NCBI GenBank assembly: GCA_002482685.1
Contig: DLGL01000106.1
Coordinates: forward strand, 1-50,396
Length of the DNA stretch: 50,396 nt
Direction: 5' to 3'
DNA from: Bacteriovoracaceae bacterium UBA7695
GTDB taxonomy: Bacteria; Bdellovibrionota; Bacteriovoracia; Bacteriovoracales; Bacteriovoracaceae
Below are positions 29,782-40,641 of this stretch, in pieces. Made by a program: the position numbers and the translations under genes. The notes beneath the pieces were generated by a model, which did no database searches, was not told the origin of the DNA, and saw only the letters and a list, made by a program, of their open reading frames with translations. Every line of letters begins with the position of its first letter. Positions within the stretch are counted from its first letter, which is position 1.

Positions 29782-30324
29782 TTATTTCTCTCTGAAAGGC
29801 ATACCGAATTGACGTAGCAATTCGCGGCCTTCTTCGTTGTTAGTAGCTGAAGTAACAAAGCTGATCCCCATTCCACGAATCTTATCGATTTTATCGTAGT
29901 CAATTTCAGGGAAGATAATTTGCTCTTTCAGACCCATAGTATAGTTACCTTTACCATCGAACCCTTTTGGAGAAAGACCACGAAAGTCTTTTACGCGAGG
30001 GAGAGATAAGTTGATCATGCGATCAAGGAACTCATACATTTTTGCGCCACGAAGAGTAACGAAAGCACCAATTGCTTGGCCTTCACGTAACTTGAACGAA
30101 GCGATAGATTTTTTAGCTTTAGCAGTAACGGGCTTTTGTCCTGTTACAGCTGCAAGTTCAGCAGCAATGCTATCTACAATCTTACCGTTAGATACAGCAT
30201 CACGTGTAACGCTGTTAACGATGATTTTTTCTAATTTAGGAATCTGATGAACGTTTCCGTACTTGTACTTCTCCATCATCTTTTTTTTGATCTCAGTTTC
30301 ATACTGAGCTTTCAAACGTGCCAT
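29782..30324 (-). CDS. rplE: 50S ribosomal protein L5
   Basis: [18 protein letters not shown] and FDGKGNY. Confidence 0.98.
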   Translation of the reverse strand: MARLKAQYETEIKKKMMEKYKYGNVHQIPKLEKIIVNSVTRDAVSNGKIVDSIAAELAAVTGQKPVTAKAKKSIASFKLREGQAIGAFVTLRGAKMYEFLDRMINLSLPRVKDFRGLSPKGFDGKGNYTMGLKEQIIFPEIDYDKIDKIRGMGISFVTSATNNEEGRELLRQFGMPFREK

Positions 30325-30339
30325 ATATGTAACCTCAAA

Positions 30340-30651
30340 TTATTTGATTTCTGTTTTGCTTTTCGTAGCAATACGGACATTCTTATCGCCAACTTTTTTA
30401 ACTGATACTCTTGTTGGTTTTCCTGATTTAGGATCCAATAGAGCAACGTTACTGATATGGATGGCTTTTTCCAGATCCACGATTCCGCCTTGCTGATTAG
30501 CTTGGTTCGGTTTCATCGCTTTTTTAACAACATTCACACCTTCAACAACTACTCGATTCGTTTTGAAGTTGATTGACTTCACTTTTCCGTTCTTGCCCTT
30601 ATCTTTTCCGGCAAGGACTTGAACAGTGTCGTTCACTTTCAGCTTTTGCAT
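30340..30651 (-). CDS. rplX: 50S ribosomal protein L24
   Basis: GKDKGK..VVVEGVN..IHISNV. Confidence 0.97.
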   Translation of the reverse strand: MQKLKVNDTVQVLAGKDKGKNGKVKSINFKTNRVVVEGVNVVKKAMKPNQANQQGGIVDLEKAIHISNVALLDPKSGKPTRVSVKKVGDKNVRIATKSKTEIK

Positions 30652-30678
30652 AGTCCCCTCTTTTTTTTACACGCTGAT

Positions 30679-31047
30679 TTAGAGTACTTCGTGAGCAAGT
30701 GAACAAATCTTCGAAAAGTTTTTGTTTCTTAGCTCTCTTGCTACTGGTCCAAAAATACGTGTTCCTACTGGTTCATTATTTGCTGCAATAATTACCACGC
30801 TGTTTGTATCAAAATTAATATATGAACCATCTTCGCGTCTTACTGGATAAACAGTACGAACGATAACGGCTTTTTTAACATCGCCTTTCTTAACTTTACC
30901 ACCTGAGATGGCCTGTTGAACGGCTACGACGATAACGTCGCCTACATTTGCGCTCATATGCTTAGAACCGCCGAGTACTTTAATACACTGAACAGTTTTA
31001 GCGCCTGAGTTATCGGCTACGTCTAGGATCGATTGTTGCTGAATCAT
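30679..31047 (-). CDS. rplN: 50S ribosomal protein L14
   Basis: [16 protein letters not shown] and [13 protein letters not shown]. Confidence 0.98.
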   Translation of the reverse strand: MIQQQSILDVADNSGAKTVQCIKVLGGSKHMSANVGDVIVVAVQQAISGGKVKKGDVKKAVIVRTVYPVRREDGSYINFDTNSVVIIAANNEPVGTRIFGPVARELRNKNFSKICSLAHEVL

Positions 31048-31059
31048 AATTTGCTCCGC

Positions 31060-31305
31060 TTACTTTACGATTGAAACAAGTTCCCATCTCTTTAACTTAG
31101 AGTGAGGCTTTGATTCGATGATTGTTACTACATTGCCCATAGACGCGAGTTCTTTCTCGTCATGACAGTGGTACTTCTTAGAAGTTGTAACGAATTTACT
31201 GTACTTAGGGTGCATCGTTTTACGATCAACTTTAACGACGATTGTCTTTGAAGTTTTGTCGCTTACGACTTCGCCAGTAAGTGTTCTTTTAAATGTTGTG
31301 CTCAT
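31060..31305 (-). CDS. rpsQ: 30S ribosomal protein S17
   Basis: GEVVSDK..KTIVV..HPKY..SKLKRW. Confidence 0.97.
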   Translation of the reverse strand: MSTTFKRTLTGEVVSDKTSKTIVVKVDRKTMHPKYSKFVTTSKKYHCHDEKELASMGNVVTIIESKPHSKLKRWELVSIVK

Positions 31306-31312
31306 ACTTCAC

Positions 31313-31504
31313 CTATTTCTTTTTTGCGTTTTTAGCAGTCAACAAACGAGCGATATCTTTCTTAAGTGCTTTAACAACATGAGGCTTATCAGTCCCAGTT
31401 GTAAATTTTGTGAACTTTTTTGTGAAAAGTTCAGACTTAAGAGAAGAGACCTTCTCTGTGATTTCTTTTACGCTTAGCTTTGAAAATTCGCTGCTTTTTA
31501 CCAT
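31313..31504 (-). CDS. rpmC: 50S ribosomal protein L29
   Basis: ELF..KPH..KKDIARLLT; lies between rplP and rpsQ. Confidence 0.93.
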   Translation of the reverse strand: MVKSSEFSKLSVKEITEKVSSLKSELFTKKFTKFTTGTDKPHVVKALKKDIARLLTAKNAKKK

Positions 31505-31526
31505 AACTACCTCTGATTATCCAGTT

Positions 31527-32084
31527 TTACTTTTTAGCTGCTGGCTTAGCGGCCGGAGCTGCTTTTGCTGCAGGTTTAGCTGCTGCCTTAGGGGCTTCAG
31601 CTTTTGCTTCTTCTTTCACAGCCTTAGGAGCTTTTGTGTGAGCAGTTTTAGTTACTACACCCAAAGACGCGTCAAGTTCTGCTTTAGAAACAATTTTCAC
31701 TCTTACTGGAAGTTTATATTTTGCTAATCTTAGAGCTGCTTCAGCTACTGACTTCTCAACGCCACCGATTTCGAATAGAACTCGGCCTGGCTTGATTACA
31801 GCAACCCACTCCTCAGGAGATCCCTTACCTTTACCCATACGAACTTCGGCTGGTTTTTTAGATAGAGATTTGTCTGGGAAGATTTTGATCCAGATCTGAC
31901 CGCCACGTTTAGTTTCACGGGACATAGTCATACGACATGCTTCGATCTGACGATTTGTTACGAAACCGCAAGAAAGAGCTACTAGGCCGTATTCTCCGAA
32001 AGTAAGTGTGTTACCTGTGTGGGCAGCACCAGTCATACGACCTTTTTGCATCTTTCTATGTTTTACTCTTTTAGGACTTAACAT
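31527..32084 (-). CDS. rplP: 50S ribosomal protein L16 with Ala/Lys/Pro-rich C-terminal extension
   Basis: [26 protein letters not shown] and KLP, then a ~45-aa tail ending AAKPAAKK. Confidence 0.97.
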   Translation of the reverse strand: MLSPKRVKHRKMQKGRMTGAAHTGNTLTFGEYGLVALSCGFVTNRQIEACRMTMSRETKRGGQIWIKIFPDKSLSKKPAEVRMGKGKGSPEEWVAVIKPGRVLFEIGGVEKSVAEAALRLAKYKLPVRVKIVSKAELDASLGVVTKTAHTKAPKAVKEEAKAEAPKAAAKPAAKAAPAAKPAAKK

Positions 32085-32105
32085 ATTGTTACCTCTAAAT
32101 AATTA

Positions 32106-32732
32106 CTATTTGTAAATTTCGCCTTTATAGACCCAAACTTTCACACCGATAATTCCGTATGTAGTTTTGGCTTGGGCAGTGTTGTAATCGATATCAGCAC
32201 GAAGTGTATGAAGAGGAACTTTCTTCTCAGCATAACCTTCAGTACGAGCGATTTCAGCTCCACCAAGACGGCCAGAACATTTAACTTTGATACCTTTAAC
32301 TCCTGAACGGAAGGCTGAGGTCATCACTTTCTTCATAGCTCTACGGAAAGCAACTCGTTTTTCAAGTTGTTGAGCGATGTTTTCTGCAATCAATTTAGCT
32401 TCTGAGTCAGGACGCTTTACTTCTGCAATATTGAAAAATAAAGGGCAGTTAGTAATTTTTTTAAGGTCATTACGAATTTTTTCAATTCCTGTACCTTTTT
32501 TACCAATTGCTACACCAGGCTTAGCAGAATACACGGTAACTTTTACCTGGTCTGCTGTACGAGTGATTTCAGTTTTTGCAATCGCCGCTTGAGCAAGCTC
32601 AGTGTCGATATAGTTTCTGATCGCAAGATCTTGCTGGAAAATAACTGCGTAGTTGTTTTTAACATACCAGTTAGAGTGCCAAGTTTTGATGTAGCCTAAT
32701 CTGAAACCGTAAGGGTTTACTTTTTGTCCCAT
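32106..32732 (-). CDS. rpsC: 30S ribosomal protein S3
   Basis: MGQKVNPYGFRLG, SGRLGGAEIAR and PLHTLRADIDY. Confidence 0.98.
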   Translation of the reverse strand: MGQKVNPYGFRLGYIKTWHSNWYVKNNYAVIFQQDLAIRNYIDTELAQAAIAKTEITRTADQVKVTVYSAKPGVAIGKKGTGIEKIRNDLKKITNCPLFFNIAEVKRPDSEAKLIAENIAQQLEKRVAFRRAMKKVMTSAFRSGVKGIKVKCSGRLGGAEIARTEGYAEKKVPLHTLRADIDYNTAQAKTTYGIIGVKVWVYKGEIYK

Positions 32733-32747
32733 TATTCTATTCCTTGC

Positions 32748-33080
32748 TTATGCTTCTTTAAGCGATAGTGTTACGTAACTTGATTTTTTCTGGATCTGGT
32801 AAGCGCGACCTTGAGCTCGAGGCATGATGCGTTTAAGCGTCGGACCTTCGTCTACTTTGATAATATCGATAACGAGATTATCAAGATCATACTTTTTAGA
32901 TTCAGCAGCGATCGCCAGACCACTGTTAATCAATTTTGTTACGATAATAGCTGTTTCTTTTTTCTCGCAAAAACGCAGAATTTTTAAAGCTTCTTCAACT
33001 TTTTTTCTACGGATCAAGTCACAAACTTGTCTAACTTTACGAGCCGATGTTCCAACATTATTGTTTTTTACTGTAATCAT
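32748..33080 (-). CDS. rplV: 50S ribosomal protein L22
   Basis: SARKVR..DLIR and VDEGPTLKR..PRAQGRA. Confidence 0.97.
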   Translation of the reverse strand: MITVKNNNVGTSARKVRQVCDLIRRKKVEEALKILRFCEKKETAIIVTKLINSGLAIAAESKKYDLDNLVIDIIKVDEGPTLKRIMPRAQGRAYQIQKKSSYVTLSLKEA

Positions 33081-33093
33081 AATTTGTTACCCC

Positions 33094-33375
33094 TTACTTA
33101 TCGGCTTTCTTATCGCCGGCACCGTGACCGGTGAAGGTACGAGTTATAGAGAATTCTCCAAACTTGTGCCCAACCATGTTATCAGTCACGTAAACTGGAA
33201 TAAACTTCTTACCGTTATGAACGGCGAAAGTTAGACCAATAAAATCTGGCGTTATCGTAGAACGACGTGACCAAGTTTTAATGACTGTGTTGCCTTTAGT
33301 ATTCTTCTTTGCTTCTGCTGCTTTTTTATACAGATAAGCATCGACGAAAGGACCTTTTTTAATTGAACGTGCCAT
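33094..33375 (-). CDS. rpsS: 30S ribosomal protein S19
   Basis: [20 protein letters not shown] and MVGHKFGEF. Confidence 0.98.
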   Translation of the reverse strand: MARSIKKGPFVDAYLYKKAAEAKKNTKGNTVIKTWSRRSTITPDFIGLTFAVHNGKKFIPVYVTDNMVGHKFGEFSITRTFTGHGAGDKKADK

Positions 33376-33385
33376 TATTTACCTC

Positions 33386-34210
33386 TTACTTTCTTCTCTT
33401 AACGATGAACTGGTTAGTACGCTTGTTCTTTCTCGTCTTAAATCCACGAGTCTGAAGACCCCATGGAGTTACTGGGTGACGACCACCAGAAGTACGACCT
33501 TCACCACCACCGTGTGGGTGATCTACCGGGTTCATTACCACACCACGTACCGTTGGACGGATACCGCGGTGACGGTTAGTACCAGCTTTACCAGTGTTAG
33601 CAAGTTCGTGCTCGATCTTACCAACTTGGCCGATAGTAGCGCGGCAGTTTGATTTTACTTTTCTCACTTCCCCTGAAGGAAGTCGAAGAAGAGCATATTC
33701 GCCTTCTTTAGCCATAAGCTGAGCGTATGAACCAGCAGAGCGTGACATTTGACCGCCGCGACCTGGGTGAAGCTCAACGTTGTGGATTAAAGTACCCACA
33801 GGGATATCGCTAAGAAGTTTAGAGTTTCCTGCTTTAATGTCGGCGCTATCAGAAGAGATAACTACGTCACCAACCTTAAGGCCAACTGGAGCGATAATGT
33901 ATGTTTTTACACCATCGGCATATACGACTAGAGCAATGTTACATGTTCTGTTCGGATCGTGCTCAATTGACTTAACAGTTGCAGGAATATCAAGCTTATC
34001 TCTCTTGAAATCGATAATACGGTATTTCTGCTTAACACCGCCGCCGTGGTGACGAACAGTGATTTTACCACTTGAGTTACGTCCAGCGTTTTTCTTAAGT
34101 GGAGCCAAGAGAGATCTCTCTGGAGCCACACCTTTAGTTACATCACCAGTAACAACTACTTTCTCACGTTGAGAAGGTGTAATTGGTCTGAATTTTTTTA
34201 AAGTTGCCAT
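33386..34210 (-). CDS. rplB: 50S ribosomal protein L2
   Basis: YRIIDFKR and [18 protein letters not shown]. Confidence 0.98.
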   Translation of the reverse strand: MATLKKFRPITPSQREKVVVTGDVTKGVAPERSLLAPLKKNAGRNSSGKITVRHHGGGVKQKYRIIDFKRDKLDIPATVKSIEHDPNRTCNIALVVYADGVKTYIIAPVGLKVGDVVISSDSADIKAGNSKLLSDIPVGTLIHNVELHPGRGGQMSRSAGSYAQLMAKEGEYALLRLPSGEVRKVKSNCRATIGQVGKIEHELANTGKAGTNRHRGIRPTVRGVVMNPVDHPHGGGEGRTSGGRHPVTPWGLQTRGFKTRKNKRTNQFIVKRRK

Positions 34211-34227
34211 CGTTTTAACCCTTTACC

Positions 34228-34518
34228 TTAAATGCCCTTGAAGAATTCAATCTTCTGGCCATCTTGGAGTTGAACATAAGCTTTTTTAGACTTTGCAGTC
34301 TTTTTAAAGCCCTTACCTGCACGCTTTGTCTTCCCAGGAAGAACTGAAGTTCGTACGTTGAGAACTTTTACATCAAAAAACTTTTCTACAGCATTTTTGA
34401 TGTGGTTCTTGTTCGCCTTAATATCAACTACGAATGCGTAGCGATTATAAGTTTCTGTCTCTTTAGACGTTTTTTCAGTTAATAGTGGTTTAACTAGTAC
34501 GCTTTCTAAACCTAACAT
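34228..34518 (-). CDS. rplW: 50S ribosomal protein L23
   Basis: PLLTEK, ANKNHIKNAVE..FDVKV and KKAYV. Confidence 0.97.
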   Translation of the reverse strand: MLGLESVLVKPLLTEKTSKETETYNRYAFVVDIKANKNHIKNAVEKFFDVKVLNVRTSVLPGKTKRAGKGFKKTAKSKKAYVQLQDGQKIEFFKGI

Positions 34519-34519
34519 C

Positions 34520-35137
34520 TTACACCAGCCTGCTAATTAGTTTTTCAAAGGCACCTTTTTCAATGATTAGGTTTTCGAATTTGATTGCTTCGTAAACGCT
34601 GAATCCATCAACCGGAGCATATTTTGCTCTTTCAAGGTTACCTACTGCTTGAGACACTTTATCGTTCAATTCATTTGTGATCACGAGAGCTGGTAGAAGC
34701 TTTCTTGAATCAAGAGCCTTGAACATATCTTTTGTCTTACCTGTAGATTCAATTTTTTCTACAATGTGAAGTTTTCCAGCTTGGTGCTTATCAGCAAGAA
34801 CTGAAGCGATCGCATTAAGCATCATCTTCTTGTTAACTTTCTGAGTGTAGTCACGCGGCTGTGGACCAAACGTTGTACCGCCTCCAGGCATTAGAGGAGA
34901 ACGAGTAGACCCTTGACGAGCATTACCAGTTCCTTTTTGCTTGAACGGCTTCTTACCACCACCAGAAACGAATGCTTTAGTCTTAGTCATGGCTGTACCT
35001 TGACGACGACCAGCGAGAAGAGCTTTCACAACTTGGTGAACAACTGTTCCGTTAATAGTTTCAGTAGAAAGATCGTAGTTGGCCTTTACTGACCCTGATT
35101 TTTCAAATTTTGTATTTAATAGTGCTATTTCAGTCAT
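34520..35137 (-). CDS. rplD: 50S ribosomal protein L4
   Basis: RQGT..VSGGGKKPFKQKGTGNARQGS..GG..FGP. Confidence 0.98.
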   Translation of the reverse strand: MTEIALLNTKFEKSGSVKANYDLSTETINGTVVHQVVKALLAGRRQGTAMTKTKAFVSGGGKKPFKQKGTGNARQGSTRSPLMPGGGTTFGPQPRDYTQKVNKKMMLNAIASVLADKHQAGKLHIVEKIESTGKTKDMFKALDSRKLLPALVITNELNDKVSQAVGNLERAKYAPVDGFSVYEAIKFENLIIEKGAFEKLISRLV

Positions 35138-35148
35138 AAATTCCTACC

Positions 35149-35802
35149 TTACGCTTTCTTAACAGATTTCATGATTTTCACGAATCCGTTCTTTGAGCCA
35201 GGGATAGAACCTTTAATAAGCATGTATCCTGCTTCTAAATTTACTTCTACCACTTGGATGTTTTGTACTGTTGAAGTTTCAACCCCTAGGTGACCAGGCA
35301 TTTTCTTATTAGCGAATACACGTGCTGGAGTTGCACGACATCCGATAGAACCTGGACGACGGTGGAAGTGAGAACCGTGAGCTGCTGGACCACCTTGGAA
35401 GTTATATCTCTTCATAACCCCGGCGAATCCTTTACCTTTAGAAGGTCCAGTTACGTCGATGTACGTAGAGGCAGGGAACAGATCCAAAGATGCTTCTTTT
35501 CCAAGAGCATCAGCTGATACAGAATCAACTCTAATTTCTGAAAATTCAGAAAAAGTTTTTTCGATAGTTGCTTTTTTGAGGTGACCTTTTACCGGAGAAG
35601 TAATTAACGATTCTCTTTTCTCGTTATATGCAACTTGGTAAGCAGTGTAGCCGTCTTTCTCGGCAGTTTTGACTTGTGAAATTACATTCGGAATTAGTTT
35701 CACAACAGAGACAGGAACGTGATTACCGTTACTGTCGAAGATTCTGGTCATACCAGCTTTAATTCCGTAAAAAGCCGGCAGACTGACTTTAGAGTCTGAC
35801 AT
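35149..35802 (-). CDS. rplC: 50S ribosomal protein L3
   Basis: KAGMT, SKGKGFAG, HGS..HRRPGSIG and KMPG. Confidence 0.98.
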   Translation of the reverse strand: MSDSKVSLPAFYGIKAGMTRIFDSNGNHVPVSVVKLIPNVISQVKTAEKDGYTAYQVAYNEKRESLITSPVKGHLKKATIEKTFSEFSEIRVDSVSADALGKEASLDLFPASTYIDVTGPSKGKGFAGVMKRYNFQGGPAAHGSHFHRRPGSIGCRATPARVFANKKMPGHLGVETSTVQNIQVVEVNLEAGYMLIKGSIPGSKNGFVKIMKSVKKA

Positions 35803-35885
35803 TCGCCCTCCACAGCATCACCCTCTCGCAGGGATGCATTCATGGTTAATATTAGAAGCACAAAAAAAAACGTTTAGCCGTTATA

Positions 35886-36194
35886 CTAGTACTTGATCTC
35901 GACGTCAACACCAGCAGAGAGGTCAAGCTTCATTAAGCTATCAACAGTCTGTTGAGTAGGTTCAACGATATCGATTAAGCGCTTATGAGTTCTCATTTCG
36001 AACTGTTCACGTGACTTTTTATCGATGTGTGGAGACCGGAGAACCGTGTATTTATTGATCTCAGTCGGTAAAGGAATTGGACCAGCTACTTTCGCGCCAG
36101 TGTTCTTAGCCGTCTGAACGATCTCTTGAACTGATGCGTCAAGAATGTTTGAATCATAAGCACGAAGCTTAATTCTAAGTTTGTTCACTTTCAT
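35886..36194 (-). CDS. rpsJ: 30S ribosomal protein S10
   Basis: [29 protein letters not shown]. Confidence 0.98.
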   Translation of the reverse strand: MKVNKLRIKLRAYDSNILDASVQEIVQTAKNTGAKVAGPIPLPTEINKYTVLRSPHIDKKSREQFEMRTHKRLIDIVEPTQQTVDSLMKLDLSAGVDVEIKY

Positions 36195-36273
36195 GGAGTC
36201 TCCAAAAAATTTTTTGACAAATTATACAACGGAAAGGCCTTTGTAAAGACCTACCCGTTGCTTTTTTGACGTT

Positions 36274-37464
36274 TTAAGCAATAATTTCTGAAACAGTACC
36301 AGCACCGATCGTACGACCACCCTCACGGATAGCAAAACGAAGACCTTTCTCCATAGCTACTGGAGCGATAAGCTCAACAGCGAATGAAGTATTGTCACCC
36401 GGCATAATCATTTCCATACCTTCGTTCAATGTGATTGAACCAGTTACATCCGTAGTACGGAAGTAGAACTGTGGACGGTAACCTTTGAAAATTGGAGTGT
36501 GACGTCCACCCTCTTCTTTAGTCAAGATATACACTTCGCAACGGAACTTAGCGTGTGGCTTAACAGTTCCCGGCTTGATCATACACTGACCACGCTCGAT
36601 ATCTTCTCTCTTCGTACCACGAAGAAGAAGACCAACGTTATCTCCAGCACGACCTTCATCAAGAAGTTTTCTGAACATCTCAACACCAGTAATAACCGTC
36701 TTTTGAAGCTCTTTGATACCGATGATATCAATCTCTTCCCCAACCTTAACAATCCCACGCTCAACACGACCAGTTACAACTGTTCCACGACCAGAGATCG
36801 AGAACACATCTTCCACCGGCATAAGGAATGGCTTCTCAACTTCGCGAAGTGGAGTTGGGATATATCTATCAACTTCTTCCATAAGCTTAACAACAGCATC
36901 ACGGCCGATTTCTGGGTTACGGTCTTCAACAGCAGCAAGAGCAGAACCCTTAACTACAGGAATATCATCACCAGGGAATTTATATTTAGAAAGAAGCTCT
37001 CTGATTTCCATTTCAACAAGATCTAGAAGTTCAGCATCATCAACCTGATCTACTTTGTTCATGAAAACAACGATCGCTGGAACACCAACCTGACGAGCAA
37101 GAAGAATGTGCTCACGTGTCTGAGGCATAGGACCATCAGCAGCTGAACAAACCAAGATCGCGCCATCCATCTGAGCAGCACCAGTGATCATGTTTTTAAC
37201 ATAATCTGCGTGGCCCGGACAGTCTACGTGAGCGTAGTGACGGTTAGCAGTTGAGTATTCAACGTGTGCTGTATTAATTGTAATACCACGAGCTTTCTCT
37301 TCTGGAGCAGAGTCAATATCAGCGTAAGACTTTGCAGTTCCGCCGTATACTTTTGCCATCGTCATTGTGATAGCAGCTGTTAGTGTTGTTTTACCGTGAT
37401 CTACGTGACCGATAGTTCCGATGTTAACATGCGGCTTACTACGATCAAATTTTTCCTTAGCCAT
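36274..37464 (-). CDS. tuf: Elongation factor Tu
   Basis: [22 protein letters not shown] and NKVD; 396 aa. Confidence 0.99.
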   Translation of the reverse strand: MAKEKFDRSKPHVNIGTIGHVDHGKTTLTAAITMTMAKVYGGTAKSYADIDSAPEEKARGITINTAHVEYSTANRHYAHVDCPGHADYVKNMITGAAQMDGAILVCSAADGPMPQTREHILLARQVGVPAIVVFMNKVDQVDDAELLDLVEMEIRELLSKYKFPGDDIPVVKGSALAAVEDRNPEIGRDAVVKLMEEVDRYIPTPLREVEKPFLMPVEDVFSISGRGTVVTGRVERGIVKVGEEIDIIGIKELQKTVITGVEMFRKLLDEGRAGDNVGLLLRGTKREDIERGQCMIKPGTVKPHAKFRCEVYILTKEEGGRHTPIFKGYRPQFYFRTTDVTGSITLNEGMEMIMPGDNTSFAVELIAPVAMEKGLRFAIREGGRTIGAGTVSEIIA

Positions 37465-37476
37465 TTGGCTTTCTCC

Positions 37477-39561
37477 TTAAATGTAAATTCCACGCTTCTG
37501 TAGAATATCTTTTGCTTGGTTATGAGTTAGTGCTTCGTATTGCTTGAACGTCAAAGTAAAGCTTGCACGCCCCTGAGTTTTAGAACGGATCTGGGTAGAG
37601 TATCCGAACATCTCAGAAAGCGGGACCTCAGCTTTAAGAACATCTTTGTTGTGTTTAGGATCGATGCCGAGGATTTTTCCGCGTTTGGCGTTCACGTCGG
37701 CGATCACATCCCCTGAGTAATCACTAGGAGTGGTTACTTCAAGCGCCATGATTGGTTCCATGAGAACCAGGCCAGCGTTGGTGCAAGCATCCTTGAAGGC
37801 CATAGAAGCCGCAATTGCGTAGGCGACATCATTAGCTTCAGCTTCGTTGTATTCAACTGAATCAATTGAAACGTTTAAACCAATCAGTGCGTATCCGGCC
37901 ATAGCTCCTCCAGGAGCTGCGTCTTGAATACCACGACGGATGGCTTCGTAAATTTCTTCTGGAATACTTTTATCTTTTTTCTTAATTTCTATTTTTACGT
38001 CAAGGCTATCTTTGACCGGTTCAACTGAAACAGTGGCCTGACCGAACTGGCCTTTGCCTGCGAGTTCGCGACGGAAAGTATTCGATGCAGTTCCCGGACC
38101 TTTCACAGATTCACGGTAGGCCACTTGAGGGCTACCTTTATTCACACCGACTTTGAACTCACGCTCAAGACGGTCAGTGATAATATCCAAATGAAGCTCG
38201 CCCATTCCGAAAATCAGAAGCTGGCCGGTTTCTTTGTTCATTCGGAAATTAAAAGAAGGGTCTTCAATTTTTAAATAATCGAGAGTTTTTGTGAGTTTGT
38301 CTTCATCGGCCGAAGTTTTTGGTTCAATCGCAATTGAGATCACAGTGGCCGGGAATTCCATCAGATCAAAAATGATGGGTTTATGTTCAGCACACAGAGT
38401 TTGACCTGTGGTGGTGAATTTTAATCCTGAAACAGCAACGATATCTCCAGCAGAAGCGGTTTCAAGCTCAGTACGCTTATTAGCATGCATCTGGAGGATT
38501 TTATTAATACGCTCTTTTTTCTTCTCAAGTGGATTGTACACATGTGAGCCGGTAGTGAGTTCTCCGGAGTAAATTCTCAAGTATGTGATCTGACCCACGA
38601 ATGGATCAGAAGATATTTTGAAAGCAAGAGCACTGAAAAGATCCTGATCATCAGGCTTACGAGTGACAATTTTTTCCAGGTCTTTAGCATCATGGCCTGA
38701 GATTTCGCCTTTATCTAAAGGGGAAGGAAGATATTTAACCACTGCATCTAAGAGTGGTTGCACGCCTTTATTTTTAAAAGCACTTCCACACATCACAGGA
38801 ATAAATCCATGTTTGATAGTGGCAGTTCGAATCGCTGTCTCAATTGTTTCAACTGAGATTTCAGCTCCACCAAGGTAATCTTCAGCAAGTTTATCATCGT
38901 AGTCGGCCAGAGTTTCAAGAAGCTCATCACGGTAGAGTTTGGCTTCTTCTAATTCTGTATCAGTCAGATCCTTGAGTTCAAATTTTGCACCTTGGTCGTT
39001 TCCGGCCCAAGTCATGGCCTTAAAATTGATTAAATCAATCATTCCCACGAAATTTTCCTCAGAGCCCAAGGGCATCTGAATAGCGGCGGCTTTTTTTCCA
39101 AGACGTTCTCTGATCTCAGTTATGCAACCTAAAAAGTCTGCTCCAACTCGGTCCATTTTATTAACGAAAGCGATTCGAGGAACAGAGTATTTGTCCGCCT
39201 GGCCCCAAACAGTTTCAGACTGAGGCTCAACTCCACCAACGGCATCAAAAACACCAATAGCGCCGTCTAGGACGCGCAGAGAACGCTCTACTTCAATAGT
39301 GAAGTCCACGTGTCCTGGAGTATCGATGATATTAATAATTGAGTTATTCCATAGGCAGGTTGTAGCTGCAGCAGTAATCGTGATTCCACGCTCCTGCTCT
39401 TGCACCATCCAATCCATCGTCGCAGTTCCTTCATGGACTTCGCCGATTTTATAGTTTTTGCCAGTATAGAATAGGATACGCTCAGTAGTGGTCGTTTTAC
39501 CGGCATCAATATGTGCCATGATTCCAATGTTACGGACTCTATGAATCTCAGCAGATTTCAT
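37477..39561 (-). CDS. fusA: Elongation factor G paralogue, divergent domain IV (spdEFG2/recycling type probable)
   Basis: [19 protein letters not shown] and NKMD are intact. The domain IV loops read [17 protein letters not shown] and YNEAEAND instead of KQSGGRGQYG, GGVIP and YHDVDSS. Confidence 0.93.
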   Translation of the reverse strand: MKSAEIHRVRNIGIMAHIDAGKTTTTERILFYTGKNYKIGEVHEGTATMDWMVQEQERGITITAAATTCLWNNSIINIIDTPGHVDFTIEVERSLRVLDGAIGVFDAVGGVEPQSETVWGQADKYSVPRIAFVNKMDRVGADFLGCITEIRERLGKKAAAIQMPLGSEENFVGMIDLINFKAMTWAGNDQGAKFELKDLTDTELEEAKLYRDELLETLADYDDKLAEDYLGGAEISVETIETAIRTATIKHGFIPVMCGSAFKNKGVQPLLDAVVKYLPSPLDKGEISGHDAKDLEKIVTRKPDDQDLFSALAFKISSDPFVGQITYLRIYSGELTTGSHVYNPLEKKKERINKILQMHANKRTELETASAGDIVAVSGLKFTTTGQTLCAEHKPIIFDLMEFPATVISIAIEPKTSADEDKLTKTLDYLKIEDPSFNFRMNKETGQLLIFGMGELHLDIITDRLEREFKVGVNKGSPQVAYRESVKGPGTASNTFRRELAGKGQFGQATVSVEPVKDSLDVKIEIKKKDKSIPEEIYEAIRRGIQDAAPGGAMAGYALIGLNVSIDSVEYNEAEANDVAYAIAASMAFKDACTNAGLVLMEPIMALEVTTPSDYSGDVIADVNAKRGKILGIDPKHNKDVLKAEVPLSEMFGYSTQIRSKTQGRASFTLTFKQYEALTHNQAKDILQKRGIYI

Positions 39562-39654
39562 CTGAAAGTGTCTCTTATTTACGTCGTTTCGTTTGAGTGC
39601 CCTAGAATCGGTCTTAAAGCGGATTTTTTCAAGGAATATTCGAGGAAATTAAAC

Positions 39655-39686
39655 AAAAAAAAGGCTGTCTTTCGACAGCCTTTTTT
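39655..39686 (-). terminator. Rho-independent terminator between rpsG and fusA
   Basis: Minus strand AAAAAAGGCTGTC-GAAA-GACAGCC followed by T8, 16 nt after the rpsG stop. Confidence 0.87.
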
Positions 39687-39702
39687 GATTCTTTTTAAGG
39701 AA

Positions 39703-40173
39703 TTACCATTTAAGGTGAGCGAAAGCCTTGTTCGCTTCAGCCATTTTGTAAACGTCTTCACGTTTCTTAACAGCTCCACCGCGGTTGTTAGCAGCGTCGA
39801 TGATTTCATCGGCAACTCTCTCAACCATGTTCTTACCAGCGCGAGTACGTGAGTAATCACGCAACCAACGGATAGCAAGAGACTGTTTACGGTTAGGACG
39901 AACTTCAACAGGAACCTGGTAAGTTGCTCCACCGATACGGCGAGATTTAACTTCAACAGCAGGCTTGATGTTGTTCATAGCTTTTTTAAATACTTTGATA
40001 CCTTCTTCGCCAGTCTTTTTCTCAACGAGGTCGAGAGCTGCATAGAAGTTTGACTCTGAAGTAGATTTCTTTCCATCGTACATAAGAGCGTTGATAACCT
40101 TAGTGATAAGGATATCGCCGTATCTTGGATCAGGAAGAACTTCTCTTACAGGAGCTTGGTGTTTACGTGACAT
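39703..40173 (-). CDS. rpsG: 30S ribosomal protein S7
   Basis: [20 protein letters not shown] and [10 protein letters not shown]. Confidence 0.98.
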   Translation of the reverse strand: MSRKHQAPVREVLPDPRYGDILITKVINALMYDGKKSTSESNFYAALDLVEKKTGEEGIKVFKKAMNNIKPAVEVKSRRIGGATYQVPVEVRPNRKQSLAIRWLRDYSRTRAGKNMVERVADEIIDAANNRGGAVKKREDVYKMAEANKAFAHLKW

Positions 40174-40187
40174 ATATTACCCTTTAA

Positions 40188-40562
40188 TTATTTCTTAGGT
40201 TTCTTAGCGCCATAGTGAGAACGACGCTTACGACGTTTTTCAACACCTGAAGCATCTAAAGCACCACGGATTGTATGGTAACGAACACCTGGTAGATCTT
40301 TAACACGACCACCACGGATCAATACGATACTGTGTTCTTGAAGGTTATGTCCTTCGCCACCGATATAAGAAATCACTTCATATCCGCTAGTGAGTTTCAC
40401 TTTACAAACTTTACGAAGAGCCGAGTTTGGCTTCTTAGGTGTAGTTGTGTAAACGCGAGTACAAACACCACGACGTTGAGGGCAACCCTCAAGAGCTGGA
40501 GATTTGGTCTTCGTTTTTTGAAGATCGCGACCTTTTCTCACTAATTGGTTAATAGTAGGCAT
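40188..40562 (-). CDS. rpsL: 30S ribosomal protein S12
   Basis: [18 protein letters not shown] and [12 protein letters not shown]. Confidence 0.99.
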   Translation of the reverse strand: MPTINQLVRKGRDLQKTKTKSPALEGCPQRRGVCTRVYTTTPKKPNSALRKVCKVKLTSGYEVISYIGGEGHNLQEHSIVLIRGGRVKDLPGVRYHTIRGALDASGVEKRRKRRSHYGAKKPKK

Positions 40563-40587
40563 ACCTAATTTCCTTACAAGTTTTTAG

Positions 40588-40623
40588 ATTAGCCAGAGTA
40601 TTTAACAGAACGCTCTGGCTAAT
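40588..40623. other. Stem-loop in the rpoC-rpsL spacer
   Basis: ATTAGCCAGAG-14nt-CTCTGGCTAAT perfect 11-bp inverted repeat; no U-tract on the sense strand. Confidence 0.5.
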
Positions 40624-40641
40624 TCAAGTTTTAATTGTTTA

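Noticed and set aside
39511-39956. ORFs 39579-39956 (-) and 39511-39852 (+) across the rpsG-fusA spacer
   Set aside because: They overlap rpsG off-frame or antisense, run through the terminator and have no recognisable protein features.
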